A DNA stretch of 64,000 nt from Treponemataceae bacterium (GTDB taxonomy: Bacteria; Spirochaetota; Spirochaetia; Treponematales; Treponemataceae), in assembly GCA_052173655.1 (NCBI GenBank), contig JBQMYD010000003.1, forward strand, positions 71,206 through 135,205, written 5' to 3'. Made by a program: the position numbers and the translations under genes. The notes below the pieces were generated by a model. The model saw only the letters and a program-made list of their open reading frames with translations, searched no databases and was not told where the DNA came from. This document shows, one piece after another, positions 10,293 to 20,740 of the stretch; position 1 is the first letter of the stretch, and the number at the start of each line of letters is the position of its first letter.

Positions 10293-11720
10293 TCATTGAT
10301 CTTTTATTTTTTGTAAATCGTTCACTTTTTGCAACTGCGGAAAAAATCTTTGACTGGACTGCAGACGAACTAAATTTACAAAAGTATCAGGATTATCTTT
10401 TATGAATTCTTCTATTGAAGTTTCCTTGCAATTTTCAAAAACCGAAACATAAAAAACATCGTGTTCATCAAAAAAAGGAAAAAAAGCGGCAGTCCTTGAG
10501 TAAAAAATATTTTGAGGAACTTCATCGTCAGTTTCTCGTATAGCCCCAAGATAAAATCTTCCCGGTTCCTTGATTGCAAAAACATAAAACAAAGCCTTTA
10601 AACAATCCACCGAATATCCACTGTCTTTTATGTAAAGCGGAACATTTTTTATTCCGGTTTCTGTATATTGGCTTGCAAATGGTTTCGCATCTACTTCACA
10701 TCCGGAATTTTGGTACGTGTAATTATTTCCTGAAATTACAGAAAGATAAGCCGCCGCTAAATTTCTCGTCCAATCCAATGCAATGTACATATTATATTTA
10801 TCAGAAAAAGTATCCGCTTTTGAACCGCTCTTTAATTTTACCGTTGCTTTTTTTAAGGGAGCTAATTCAAGATAACTTCCTGTTATGGGCAAAACTAAAC
10901 CGTCTACAATCCATTTTATAAAACCGAATCCGTCAACAGAAATTCCGCCATTTTTACCTAGTTCTTTCCTTGGCTTTCCGGTGCTTACATAAACAGGACT
11001 CCCCTCTCCGTCATAGCAGGCATCTTCAGTGTGAGTAAGTTTTTCCAACTTTTCTTGCAGTACTCCAATCATCTGCAATGAATCTTCATAAAGATAATTT
11101 TTTATATCTGTATATTCCCAAGGAATACTCGTTTGTGTAATTCTAACCAAATCTACAAAAGAAATTGAATAAAGCTGATTTATTGTTAAGCCTACAGGCA
11201 TTGAACGTACCAAACAATAATCATAAAGCATAAAATCCGCATAAATTTTTTGATCTTTATCAGATTTTCTCATTGAAGAATAGGAATTACAATTGAATTC
11301 AACAAAAATTCCGGAATCTTGATGAAAATACCAACGAATTCCTGTAGGATTTCCATTTTTTTTATCTCTAAATAAAATCCAACTTCCGGCTAAATCCGAA
11401 GGATAAATATCCATCCTGACCGTCTTTTTATTTTTTTCATTGATTATATCAACATCTATTGAACTTTGAGGAGCTACAATCACTGCAAAATTATCTTCCA
11501 ATTCTTCAAGACGTACTTGAAATTTTTGCCCCAAAGAATTTTCATATGTTTCAGACTCTTGCAGTCTTAAGTGTTTTAGATCCTGAGTAAACCATTTTTT
11601 TTCAAGTCCTTCCCTGATCTTAGAAGAGTCCGGAACATTGCGACAATAATAACTTCCCGCAAAAATTCTTACACTGATCAAAAGAAAAAACATTATTGTA
11701 AAAATAGCGTATTTTTTCAT
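10293..11720 (-). CDS. Secreted hypothetical protein
   Basis: The likely start is MKKYAIFTIMFFLLISVRIFA (signal peptide) at 11720, which is 1 nt after the stop of the upstream gene (TAA at 11724-11722). The segment GGISVDGFGFIKWIVDGLVLP vaguely resembles the NlpC/P60 core (GG.S.DCSGF) but lacks the cysteine. This is unverified. Confidence 0.6.
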   Translation of the reverse strand: MKKYAIFTIMFFLLISVRIFAGSYYCRNVPDSSKIREGLEKKWFTQDLKHLRLQESETYENSLGQKFQVRLEELEDNFAVIVAPQSSIDVDIINEKNKKTVRMDIYPSDLAGSWILFRDKKNGNPTGIRWYFHQDSGIFVEFNCNSYSSMRKSDKDQKIYADFMLYDYCLVRSMPVGLTINQLYSISFVDLVRITQTSIPWEYTDIKNYLYEDSLQMIGVLQEKLEKLTHTEDACYDGEGSPVYVSTGKPRKELGKNGGISVDGFGFIKWIVDGLVLPITGSYLELAPLKKATVKLKSGSKADTFSDKYNMYIALDWTRNLAAAYLSVISGNNYTYQNSGCEVDAKPFASQYTETGIKNVPLYIKDSGYSVDCLKALFYVFAIKEPGRFYLGAIRETDDEVPQNIFYSRTAAFFPFFDEHDVFYVSVFENCKETSIEEFIKDNPDTFVNLVRLQSSQRFFPQLQKVNDLQKIKDQ

Positions 11721-11721
11721 T

Positions 11722-14700
11722 TTACCCTTTTTCTTCCAACTCGTCCGGATGTCTTCCCATAGGAGCATTTGCCAGTAAAAGCTTTAATCGATTCAATTGA
11801 TTTACTTCACTCGAACCCGGGTCGTAGTCTATTGCAGAAATATTTGCATCAGGATATCTGCGTTTTAATTCCTTTATCATTCCTTTACCTGTAACATGAT
11901 TAGGTAAACAAGCAAAAGGTTGAACACAAGCAATGGAAGGACAGCCTCCCTTTATAAGCTCAACCATTTCTGCGGTAAGAAACCATCCTTCCCCTGTTAT
12001 ATTTCCAAGCTGCACGATATCATCAACACCTTTCATCAATTCGTAAATTGAGGAAGGCGCTTCAAACCTTCGGCTTTTTTTAAGGCACTTTTCAATATAC
12101 CTTCGATACAAGCCCAAAAGCCAAATAAGGCGACGGGCATTTTTTTTAGTTTTTTCAGGAAAAGCCAATTTTTCATGTCTAAAGATTCCGGTTGAAAAAG
12201 AATAAAAGAAAAAATCTGCCAAATCGGGAACAACACATTCAGCACCTTCTCTTTCAATGGTTCCAAAAATATCGTTATTTGCAGTAGGATGAAATTTTAC
12301 AAGGATTTCTCCAACAACTCCAACACGAGGTTTTTTTGCAGGCAGGAGTTCCAGTTTGTCAAAATCACGAATAATTCCTCTTATGATACGGTGATAGCAT
12401 ATACCGGATATATTTTTCATATTTTTGCAAATAATTCCATTCCATTTTTCATAAAGATGATTGGCACTTCCCGGAACTGCCTCATAAGGTCTTGTACGAT
12501 ACAAAACTCTCATTAAAAGATCTCCGAGCATAACGGACTTCATTGAGCGATCAATAAGCGGAAATGAAATTTTAAAACCCGGATTTTCTTCAAATCCCTG
12601 CACGCTCAACGAAATTACCGGAATATGACCCCAGCCTGCATCTTTTAAAGCTCGTCTGATAAAGCCGATATAATTCGTTGCCCTACATCCGCCACCTGTT
12701 TGTGTTATCATCAAACTGACATGATTTAAATCATACTTCCCGGATTTCAAAGCGGAAATCATTTGACCTGCAACAAGAATTGAAGGATAACAGGCATCGT
12801 TATTTACATATTGAAGTCCCGTATCTACAGCTTTCGTATCAACATCCGGTAAAATAACCAAGTTATAACCTGAACATAAGAAAGCTTGCTGCACCAATCT
12901 AAAATGAATTGGAGACATTTGAGGGGCAATTATTGTATGAGTATACCGCATTTCTTTTGTAAACACTTGACGCGGAAAAGCTGCAGTTTTTACTACAGAT
13001 TGATGTTTATGTTTGTTCCTTTCTTTTACGGCTGCAATCAAAGAACGAACTCTTATACGTACCGCACCTAAATTGGAACCTTCATCAATTTTAATAAGTG
13101 TATACATTCTGTTTTTAGAAGCCATAATTTCATCAACCTGATCGGCAGTTACAGCATCCAAACCACAACCAAAACTCGTTAATTGAATCAACTCTATATT
13201 GGGCATTTCCGAAACAAAAGCTGCTGCTCTATAAAGCCTGTTATGATAAGTCCATTGATCAATTATTCTAAGAGGCCTTTCAATTGAACCCAAATGAGCA
13301 ACGCTGTCTTCCGTAAGAACTGCAAGCCCCAAACCATTTATAAGCTCCGGAATTCCATGATTAATTTCAGGATCCAAGTGATATGGACGACCGGAAAGTA
13401 CAATTCCGTTTCCTCCACGGCGAATTATGGTTTCTATAGCCTCTTCACCTTGAAGTTGAACTTCACGTCTAAACCTTGCCTGTTCAGTCCATGCAACATC
13501 TACAGCATTATTTATTTCTTCCTGACTTATATTAAATTTTTCGCCCAGTTCTTCAAAAAGACGCTCTGCAAGTCTTTGTTTGTCATATATCGGCAAAAAC
13601 GGATTCATAAAACAAATAGAACTGTCCTGCCTTAGCTGTTCTACATTGTTACGTAAAACTTCAGGATAACTCGTAACAATAGGGCAATTATAATGATTTC
13701 CTGCACCTGAATCTTCGGTTTGTTCATACGGAGCACAAGGATAAAAGATAAACTTTATTCCGCTTTTTACCAAACTTTCAATATGTCCATGACTTATTTT
13801 TCCCGGATAGCAAACGGATTCAGAAGGGATAGTTTCCAAGCCCATTTCGTAAATAGAGCGTGTAGAACGAGGAGAAAGTCTTACTTTAAATCCAAGCTTT
13901 GTAAAAAAAGTAAACCACATCGGATAATTTTCATATATGTTAAGGACGCGCGGGATACCCACTTCTCCTCTTGGAGCATCTTCTATTTTTAATGGAACAT
14001 AACTAAAAAGTCTTTTGTATTTCCATTGAAAAAGATTCGGCATAGGGCCGTTGCTTTTATCGTCGTCAATGCCGGTATTTTCCTTGTTGCTGGCATCAAC
14101 TATCTTAACATCCCCTTCAAGTTCAGCACCTTTTTCACATCTGTTACCGGTAATAAACTTACGCTGTTCCCCTCCGGAAGAGAATGTATTTATCGTTAAA
14201 AGACAGTTATTATTGCATTTTCCACATCGTCTGAGTTCCAAATCAACTTTGAAATTTTCGAGTTCTTCAAGGCTCGCCATTTTTGTTCTGATATTTTTTG
14301 AACAAAGTTCAGGTTCACTTTCAGACTCATCTGCAATTTTTGAACATTCTTCCTGCCACTGATCTACTGCAATAAGAGCTGCTCCGTATGCACCCATAAG
14401 ACCTGCAACATCCGGGCGGAAAACATTTACACCTGATATTTTTTCAAAAGCACGTAAAACAGCATCGTTATTAAAGGTTCCTCCTTGAACAACAACTTTT
14501 GTTCCAATTTCCGTAGCCCTTCTAAGTTTTATTACCTTAAAAAGTGCATTTTTAATTACAGAATAAGAAAGCCCCGCACTGATATCTGCAACAGAGGCGC
14601 CTTCTTTTTGAGCTTGTTTTACACGGCTGTTCATAAAAACAGTACATCTGCTACCCAAATCAATAGGATATTCAGCAAGCAATGCTTTTTTACTGAATGT

Positions 14701-16182
14701 TTGCACATCCATTCCAAGAGAACGTGCAAAATTATCAAGAAAACTTCCGCATCCGGAAGAACACGCTTCATTAAGTTGTATTGAAGTAATCGCACCTTCT
14801 TTCATTCTAAGACACTTCATGTCCTGTCCGCCGATATCCAAAAGAAATTCAACACCGGGAACAAAAAAATCTGCCGCTCTAAAGTGTGCAATTGTTTCAA
14901 CCTCTCCGGAATCTACACCTAAAGCCGCCTGAAACAAGGCTTCCCCGTAACCTGTTGCAACGGAACGAGCAATATAAACATCTTCAGGTAATTTCTTATA
15001 TAAATCTTTTAAAACACGAACGGCAAGATCTACAGGATTTCCGGCATTTACATCATAAAATCTCCACAAAATTCTACCTTGTAAGTCAACTAAAACCGCC
15101 TTTGTAGTGGTAGAACCCGAATCCAAACCTAAAAAAACAGGTCCCTTTGCCTGCTCCAAAGAGGCACTTGCAGCTTTTTCTTTTGAATGTCGCTCATGAA
15201 ATTCTTTAAGTTCTTTTTCGTTTTTAAACAAAGGTTCCAAACGTTGAACCTCTGTCATTTCCGCATCAACTAAAGTTTTTAACCCCTCTCTAAGTTCCGA
15301 AACAGTTTTGAAAATTGGATTTTCACCGCATACTTTGCAGCTATGTAAAACATCTGCCGAATAAGCAGCTCCACTTGCCACAAAAAGCTGGGAGTTTTCA
15401 GGAACAATAATTGCATCTCCTTCCAACTTTAACGTATTAATGAATCTTTGCCTTAACTGATCAAGAAAGTGTAAAGGTCCCCCAAGAAAAGCCACGTTTC
15501 CACGTATCGGTTTACCACACGCCAGTCCGGAAATTGTTTGACTTACTACAGCTTGAAAAATAGAGGCTGCTATATCTTCTCGCCTTGCACCTTCATTAAT
15601 CAATGGTTGAATATCAGTTTTTGCAAATACCCCGCAACGAGCAGCTATAGGATAAATTGTAGTTGCACCCTCTGCAAGTTTATTAAGACCGGGAGCGTCC
15701 GTTTCCAAAAGAGCTGCCATTTGGTCTATAAAAGCACCGGTTCCTCCGGCACAGGTTCCGTTCATCCGCTGTTCTATACCGCCGGTGAAATATGTAATTT
15801 TTGCGTCCTCACCACCAAGTTCTATTACAACATCAGTTTGAGGGATAATTTTTTGAACCGCAGTTGTTGCAGCAACAACTTCTTGAATAAAAGGAATATC
15901 AAGCCACTGAGAAACCGACAATCCCCCGGATCCTGTAACCTTTACACTTAGGATCTGATTTTCACCGGCTTCACATTTTTCTTGAATAGCATCCAAAGCT
16001 CTGCCAACAACTGCCACAATTGTACTGCGGATATCGGCTCTATGACGTTCATATTCACTATAAATCGAGTCGCTATTTTTATCCAAGACAACAACTTTTA
16101 CCGTAGTTGAACCGACATCAATACCCATCCTAACCGGGATAGTTTGTGCGGCAAAGGCATTCAGTTCTTCTTTATTCATCAA
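11722..16182 (-). CDS. Acyl-CoA dehydratase activase-related fusion protein (two BcrAD/BadFG ATPase modules plus a DUF2229/HgdB-like C-terminal half)
   Basis: 1486 aa. There are two ASKHA ATPase modules (GIDVGSTTVKVVVLD and GLDSGSTTTKAVLVD). Each keeps the cluster-ligand cysteine contexts (TCAGGTGAFID / ARCGVFA and ACSSGCGSFLD / SRCTVFM). A CGKCNNNC cysteine cluster lies in the middle. The long C-terminal half is typical of the CoA-substrate-specific enzyme activase fusion family. Confidence 0.85.
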   Translation of the reverse strand: MMNKEELNAFAAQTIPVRMGIDVGSTTVKVVVLDKNSDSIYSEYERHRADIRSTIVAVVGRALDAIQEKCEAGENQILSVKVTGSGGLSVSQWLDIPFIQEVVAATTAVQKIIPQTDVVIELGGEDAKITYFTGGIEQRMNGTCAGGTGAFIDQMAALLETDAPGLNKLAEGATTIYPIAARCGVFAKTDIQPLINEGARREDIAASIFQAVVSQTISGLACGKPIRGNVAFLGGPLHFLDQLRQRFINTLKLEGDAIIVPENSQLFVASGAAYSADVLHSCKVCGENPIFKTVSELREGLKTLVDAEMTEVQRLEPLFKNEKELKEFHERHSKEKAASASLEQAKGPVFLGLDSGSTTTKAVLVDLQGRILWRFYDVNAGNPVDLAVRVLKDLYKKLPEDVYIARSVATGYGEALFQAALGVDSGEVETIAHFRAADFFVPGVEFLLDIGGQDMKCLRMKEGAITSIQLNEACSSGCGSFLDNFARSLGMDVQTFSKKALLAEYPIDLGSRCTVFMNSRVKQAQKEGASVADISAGLSYSVIKNALFKVIKLRRATEIGTKVVVQGGTFNNDAVLRAFEKISGVNVFRPDVAGLMGAYGAALIAVDQWQEECSKIADESESEPELCSKNIRTKMASLEELENFKVDLELRRCGKCNNNCLLTINTFSSGGEQRKFITGNRCEKGAELEGDVKIVDASNKENTGIDDDKSNGPMPNLFQWKYKRLFSYVPLKIEDAPRGEVGIPRVLNIYENYPMWFTFFTKLGFKVRLSPRSTRSIYEMGLETIPSESVCYPGKISHGHIESLVKSGIKFIFYPCAPYEQTEDSGAGNHYNCPIVTSYPEVLRNNVEQLRQDSSICFMNPFLPIYDKQRLAERLFEELGEKFNISQEEINNAVDVAWTEQARFRREVQLQGEEAIETIIRRGGNGIVLSGRPYHLDPEINHGIPELINGLGLAVLTEDSVAHLGSIERPLRIIDQWTYHNRLYRAAAFVSEMPNIELIQLTSFGCGLDAVTADQVDEIMASKNRMYTLIKIDEGSNLGAVRIRVRSLIAAVKERNKHKHQSVVKTAAFPRQVFTKEMRYTHTIIAPQMSPIHFRLVQQAFLCSGYNLVILPDVDTKAVDTGLQYVNNDACYPSILVAGQMISALKSGKYDLNHVSLMITQTGGGCRATNYIGFIRRALKDAGWGHIPVISLSVQGFEENPGFKISFPLIDRSMKSVMLGDLLMRVLYRTRPYEAVPGSANHLYEKWNGIICKNMKNISGICYHRIIRGIIRDFDKLELLPAKKPRVGVVGEILVKFHPTANNDIFGTIEREGAECVVPDLADFFFYSFSTGIFRHEKLAFPEKTKKNARRLIWLLGLYRRYIEKCLKKSRRFEAPSSIYELMKGVDDIVQLGNITGEGWFLTAEMVELIKGGCPSIACVQPFACLPNHVTGKGMIKELKRRYPDANISAIDYDPGSSEVNQLNRLKLLLANAPMGRHPDELEEKG

Positions 16183-16385
16183 TAATCACCTAACAAATTA
16201 TTTTGAAAATCAGACATTCTGTCGAAGCTACATGGGCTAAATCATATAAGATAGTTATTCAAATGTAAAGTAAGAATTTTAATTCTATTTTAACTGAAAT
16301 TTTTATTTTAAGCATTATTTTTTTGAGCTTTCTCCCTCACTTTTACCTTATTGTAAAGAACAGAAAAAAATACTAAAGTTATGGG

Positions 16386-18038
16386 GTGAGTAACGATATA
16401 ACACAAATTCCGGAGTCTAAAAAAACAAAGTCTTTGGCAAAAGCAGGCTTAAATCTTTCACTGTTGACTTTATGCTCCCGTATACTCGGTCTTGTTAGAG
16501 AAATGACAAAGGCAGCGTTTTTAGGTACAAGCGGACTGGCAGATGCATTTGGCGTTGCTTTTATGATTCCTAATTTGTTCCGCAGGCTTTTTGCCGAAAA
16601 CAGCGTCTCGGTTGCTTTTATTCCTACATTTAAATCAGCCTTAGAAAATGAAAAAAATGCCCTTACACAAGAAGAAAAAAAAGCCGTAAATGAAGATACA
16701 AAAAAATTTGTCAATTCAACATTTACTCTTGTTTCTTTTTTGACAGCAATAGTGGTATGTTTGGGAATTATTTTTTCTCCATGGATTGTAAAACTTTTTG
16801 CAAACAACGAAAGTGAACAAATTACAATTGAAATGGGTATATTAACCCGAATAATGTTCCCGTATCTTTTTTTTATTTCTATTGCAGCTATTTTTCAAGG
16901 AATTTTGAACGGTATAAAGATTTTTGCCCCCTCAGGTTTCACTCCGGTTTTGTTTAATTCAATTGTAATTACAGCTGTATACATTCTGGCTCCTTATACT
17001 GCAAATCCGGCCAGGGCAATGGCTTATGGAGTTCTTGCAGGAGGCTTTGTTCAGGCAGCTTTTCAGTTTCCGTTCGTCATAAAAAACGGATGGAGTTTAA
17101 AATTTACTTCACTAAAAAGTGCTTTTTCAAATTCAGGAACAAAACAAGTTTTGCGTCTTATAGGACCTACAATCATAGGTATGGCAGCCTATCAGCTTAA
17201 TGATTTAGTTTCTACAGCAATTGCAGCAAAAACCGGAACGGGAATTGTTTCAAGCCTACAATATTCACTTCGTTTACAAGAGCTTATTCTGGGAATATTT
17301 GCAGTTTCTATCGGAACAGTAATTCTACCGGATCTGTCAGGGCTTGCAAAAAATGAAAAATGGGACGAATTTAATCAGATGTTAATTCAGGCTATGAAAA
17401 TCATAGCCTTGATAACAATTCCCATAACATTTTACTCCTTAATATATGGAGAAAATTTAATTATTTTGGTTTACAAAAGTAAAAATTTTACAGAAAAGTC
17501 AGTTTTCAGTACATCGGAAGTTTTTAAATATCACATTGCAGGACTTTTTTTTATAGCCCTTAACAGAATCATATCTCCGGCTTTTTACGCACAAAAAGAT
17601 GCAAAAACTCCTACAATTGCAGGAATTTGCGGTTTTGGAATAAATATTATCCTGGCATTTATTTTATCTTACCTTATGAAAGGTTCCGGCATAGCTTTAG
17701 CTTTAACACTTGCAAGCATTGCAAATACCTTTTTTCTTTTTATTTTCATGAAAAAAAATAAAAATATTTACGTAAACAAAGTTACAAAATCGATAATTTT
17801 ATATGCACTGAAAATAATCGTTTTTTCGCTGATTTCTGCAACACCGGTATATTTTTTACGCCCCGTTCTTTGTTCTTTTTTTGAAAATCACAATAGAGTT
17901 ATTTCACAAGGTATTCCTATTATAATAGGAGCATCTCTTTTTGCCGCAATAGGAATAACTGAACTTGCAGTTACAAAAGATTCACTGTTAAAATCAATAA
18001 TAAAAAAAATAAAACAAAAACTGAAACGGAGCAAATAA
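16386..18038 (+). CDS. murJ: Lipid II flippase MurJ (MviN family)
   Basis: 550 aa and polytopic. The N-terminus (LLTLCSRILGLVREMTKAAFLGTSGLADAFGVAFMIPNLFRRLFAE) is the canonical MurJ signature. It uses a GTG start. Confidence 0.9.
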   Translation: MSNDITQIPESKKTKSLAKAGLNLSLLTLCSRILGLVREMTKAAFLGTSGLADAFGVAFMIPNLFRRLFAENSVSVAFIPTFKSALENEKNALTQEEKKAVNEDTKKFVNSTFTLVSFLTAIVVCLGIIFSPWIVKLFANNESEQITIEMGILTRIMFPYLFFISIAAIFQGILNGIKIFAPSGFTPVLFNSIVITAVYILAPYTANPARAMAYGVLAGGFVQAAFQFPFVIKNGWSLKFTSLKSAFSNSGTKQVLRLIGPTIIGMAAYQLNDLVSTAIAAKTGTGIVSSLQYSLRLQELILGIFAVSIGTVILPDLSGLAKNEKWDEFNQMLIQAMKIIALITIPITFYSLIYGENLIILVYKSKNFTEKSVFSTSEVFKYHIAGLFFIALNRIISPAFYAQKDAKTPTIAGICGFGINIILAFILSYLMKGSGIALALTLASIANTFFLFIFMKKNKNIYVNKVTKSIILYALKIIVFSLISATPVYFLRPVLCSFFENHNRVISQGIPIIIGASLFAAIGITELAVTKDSLLKSIIKKIKQKLKRSK

Positions 18039-19252
18039 TGAACGAAAACGATTTTGATAAATTTCTTACAGAATTCATGAAAACAGAAGAAAGTCAAAGA
18101 CTTTTTAAATTAACCGGCAGCACGGATGATCTATACAGCAAATTAGAAAGAATTTTTGCCGTCCGAAAAGAAATGAAAGATAAAAATATTGATGCAGTAA
18201 TTTTTCATGACTCGGAAGGACATCGTTCACCTGCAGTAAGATATCTTTCCGGAATGCCAAGTGATGCAATTTTTATTGTTACACAAAATGACACCGTATT
18301 ATGTCCGTGGGATATAAATATTGCAAACGAAATGGGCATAGCAAAATTTACAATTCCGTTCACAAATTATCAGTGCATTGCAATTGATGCCATAAATTCT
18401 ATTTTAAAAAAATTAAAGTTACCGGAAAACAGCCGTATCGAAATAGAACCTTTTATTTCGTATCCGGATTTTTTGGAATACGTAGATAAAATTCCTCAAT
18501 ACGACGTTTTATGCAGAAAAGAAGGTATACACGGCTTTGTAGACAAATTACGTCTAACAAAAACTGCGAATGAAATAAAAATTGCAAGAGAAGCTTCAAA
18601 AATCACCGATGAAATCATAGAACGCTTAAAAAATGCAATACAAAATGAAGAAATAAAAACAGAACTTGAAGCTGCCCAATTGATTGAAAGAGAATGCAGA
18701 CAAAGAAATTGCGAGCGTACAAGTTTTGAAACTTTAGCAGCAGGAAGTTCCAGAAGTTGGAGTATTCATGCATTCCCTTCCTATACTGACGCTCCATTCC
18801 CCGGCGAAAACGGGTTAGCGATTCTTGATTTTGGAGTTTACTACAAAGGATATTCCACAGACGTTACAATGACGATCGCAAAAGGTAAATTAACTGAAAA
18901 ACAAGAAAAAATGATTTGTCTTGTACAAGAAGCTTTTGATGAAGCTTTAAAATATTACAAACCGGGAATGCCTATAAGACATTCAGCCATAAAAGTCGAT
19001 AAAATTTTTTCAAAAGAAAAAATGAAAATGCCTCACTCACTGGGACACGGAATAGGACTTGAAGTTCATGAACAGCCCCGCATAAAAAGCAAACTTGCAT
19101 TAGAGGAAATTTTTTTACCGGGAATGACAGTAACTTTAGAACCCGGACTTTACGACATAAACGAAGGCGGAGTTCGCCTTGAAAACGATATTCTCATTAC
19201 TGAAGATGGCAATGAAGTTTTAACCCATTCGTTAATTTTAAGGTTACCGTAG
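18038..19252 (+). CDS. M24-family Xaa-Pro aminopeptidase/dipeptidase
   Basis: The C-terminal pita-bread fold carries the metal ligands (DFGVYYKGYSTDVT, HSLGHGIGLEVHE, LEPGLY, ENDILIT). Its start overlaps the murJ stop (TAATG). Confidence 0.88.
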   Translation: MNENDFDKFLTEFMKTEESQRLFKLTGSTDDLYSKLERIFAVRKEMKDKNIDAVIFHDSEGHRSPAVRYLSGMPSDAIFIVTQNDTVLCPWDINIANEMGIAKFTIPFTNYQCIAIDAINSILKKLKLPENSRIEIEPFISYPDFLEYVDKIPQYDVLCRKEGIHGFVDKLRLTKTANEIKIAREASKITDEIIERLKNAIQNEEIKTELEAAQLIERECRQRNCERTSFETLAAGSSRSWSIHAFPSYTDAPFPGENGLAILDFGVYYKGYSTDVTMTIAKGKLTEKQEKMICLVQEAFDEALKYYKPGMPIRHSAIKVDKIFSKEKMKMPHSLGHGIGLEVHEQPRIKSKLALEEIFLPGMTVTLEPGLYDINEGGVRLENDILITEDGNEVLTHSLILRLP

Positions 19253-20740
19253 AACTCTATCGTAAATTTCTTTTGTAGTTTCTCCGATTATTTCAGGATA
19301 ATCTTTTAGATAGCTTGCAACGGTAAAATAGTAAATCTTTCCTACTTCAAGACCGCTTAGTGTTATAGAAGTTTTTTGCCCGCAATCTATAGGAGAATTT
19401 CCTTGATCCAAGCCTACACCTATATACGAACCGCTTTTTGTTCCATAATACAATATATAGCCGTACCTATCGTCCATATTGTTATTAGTCCAAAAAACGC
19501 TAATCATTCCATCTTTAGTTTCACTATAAATCTTTGACGGAGGAATCGGCAAATCGGGTTCTTCATATTTTATTTCGATCTGAGTTAAAATAGGGCTTTT
19601 TTCCAACTCCCCATCTGAATAAAAAAAAGCGGCAATTTGAAAATATCTACCCTCTACTTGTTGCAACGGAATATTGTCTTTTATTTTAACCCAACCGTTT
19701 TTTAACTTATCCTCATCAATCATGGAATAAGAAGAATCCGAGCTTCGGATAAAAAATTGCAGATCCGTTTGATTTGGAATTGTTGAAAGCGATTCCACTT
19801 TTATAATTTTGCAACCGTTTTTTTCGCTTTTTAAAGGAACACTCACAAAGGAAGGTATATACTTAAATTCTTTATCAGTATCAAGAAAATGCCGAATTTC
19901 TTGTGAAATTATAAATTCGTCGATTGAGCCGCTAAAATTCTTACATATTTCAACTTTTGAAGGAGTACCCAAATCAGAAATTAAAAATTGCCCGTAAGAG
20001 CTACCGTTGTCAGTTGTATAAACTAAATCTTCTAATTTTCCGTCAAGGTAGTATTCTATCATGCCTTCTTCTTCATCGTAACAAAGATAATGATGAGTCC
20101 ATTTTTCCGGAAGAATCGTAGACGAACTTTTTACGTAAATATCCTTTCCTTTGCCGTTTACATCACAAAAAATATTAAGAAATTTCCATTCCATTTTTCC
20201 GTTCATAAAACCGACATCAAGAGTTTGGTAATCCGAATATTGCATATTATTTTTACTGGAACGCCAGAAAAAAATATTTTCTCCACTTACGCAAACCGAA
20301 GGTTTTAACCAAAATTCCATACTAAAAGATCCCGTAGGTCCTGCCTTTCCAAAAATTGACTCTTTATTTCCCATTAGTACGATAAAAGCATCGTTGTGTC
20401 GGCTTACACCGGCTTTTGTACCAACAGCAGAATTTGACGAAAAATAAAGATTTTCTTCAATAACGGTATATTTTCCGGTTTCATCGGAAGTTTTGGTTTT
20501 TTTTTCATTTTCAAAGGAAAGATAAAGATCTGTTTTTGAATTGACGTTATGGTTTTTTGCAGCAATTTGCCACCCCTGATATCCGTAAAGTCCCTTAGTC
20601 ATTACAAGTCCATCAGCAGTTGATGTAAATTTTTCCCAACCTTCGTTACCACCAAGCACAAAACTTTTTTCTGTTGCGAAAATTTCAAAAATAGTGAAAA
20701 CTGATAAAAGCAAAATAAAAGCAAAATTTTTAACTTTCAT
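19244..20740 (-). CDS. Secreted LamG/concanavalin-like domain protein with a C-terminal FN3-like domain
   Basis: The signal peptide MKVKNFAFILLLSVFTIFEIFA starts at 20740, with an AAAGGA Shine-Dalgarno sequence 8 nt upstream. A laminin-G_3-type motif is present (FSGSIDEFIIS). The C-terminus (ISVFWTNN..YILYYG..YYFTV) looks like fibronectin type III. Confidence 0.7.
   Translation of the reverse strand: MKVKNFAFILLLSVFTIFEIFATEKSFVLGGNEGWEKFTSTADGLVMTKGLYGYQGWQIAAKNHNVNSKTDLYLSFENEKKTKTSDETGKYTVIEENLYFSSNSAVGTKAGVSRHNDAFIVLMGNKESIFGKAGPTGSFSMEFWLKPSVCVSGENIFFWRSSKNNMQYSDYQTLDVGFMNGKMEWKFLNIFCDVNGKGKDIYVKSSSTILPEKWTHHYLCYDEEEGMIEYYLDGKLEDLVYTTDNGSSYGQFLISDLGTPSKVEICKNFSGSIDEFIISQEIRHFLDTDKEFKYIPSFVSVPLKSEKNGCKIIKVESLSTIPNQTDLQFFIRSSDSSYSMIDEDKLKNGWVKIKDNIPLQQVEGRYFQIAAFFYSDGELEKSPILTQIEIKYEEPDLPIPPSKIYSETKDGMISVFWTNNNMDDRYGYILYYGTKSGSYIGVGLDQGNSPIDCGQKTSITLSGLEVGKIYYFTVASYLKDYPEIIGETTKEIYDRVLR

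Noticed and set aside
20497-20505. Homopolymer tracts considered as phase-variation switches: T9 inside the LamG-protein gene, A9 at 39599-39607 before recR, T9 at about 46337 before ftsK, and A9 at about 57405.
   Set aside because: Runs of 8-9 A or T are common by chance at this base composition. None is unusually long (12 or more). Most are intergenic or encode Lys runs in frame. There is no evidence of variation within a single sequence.
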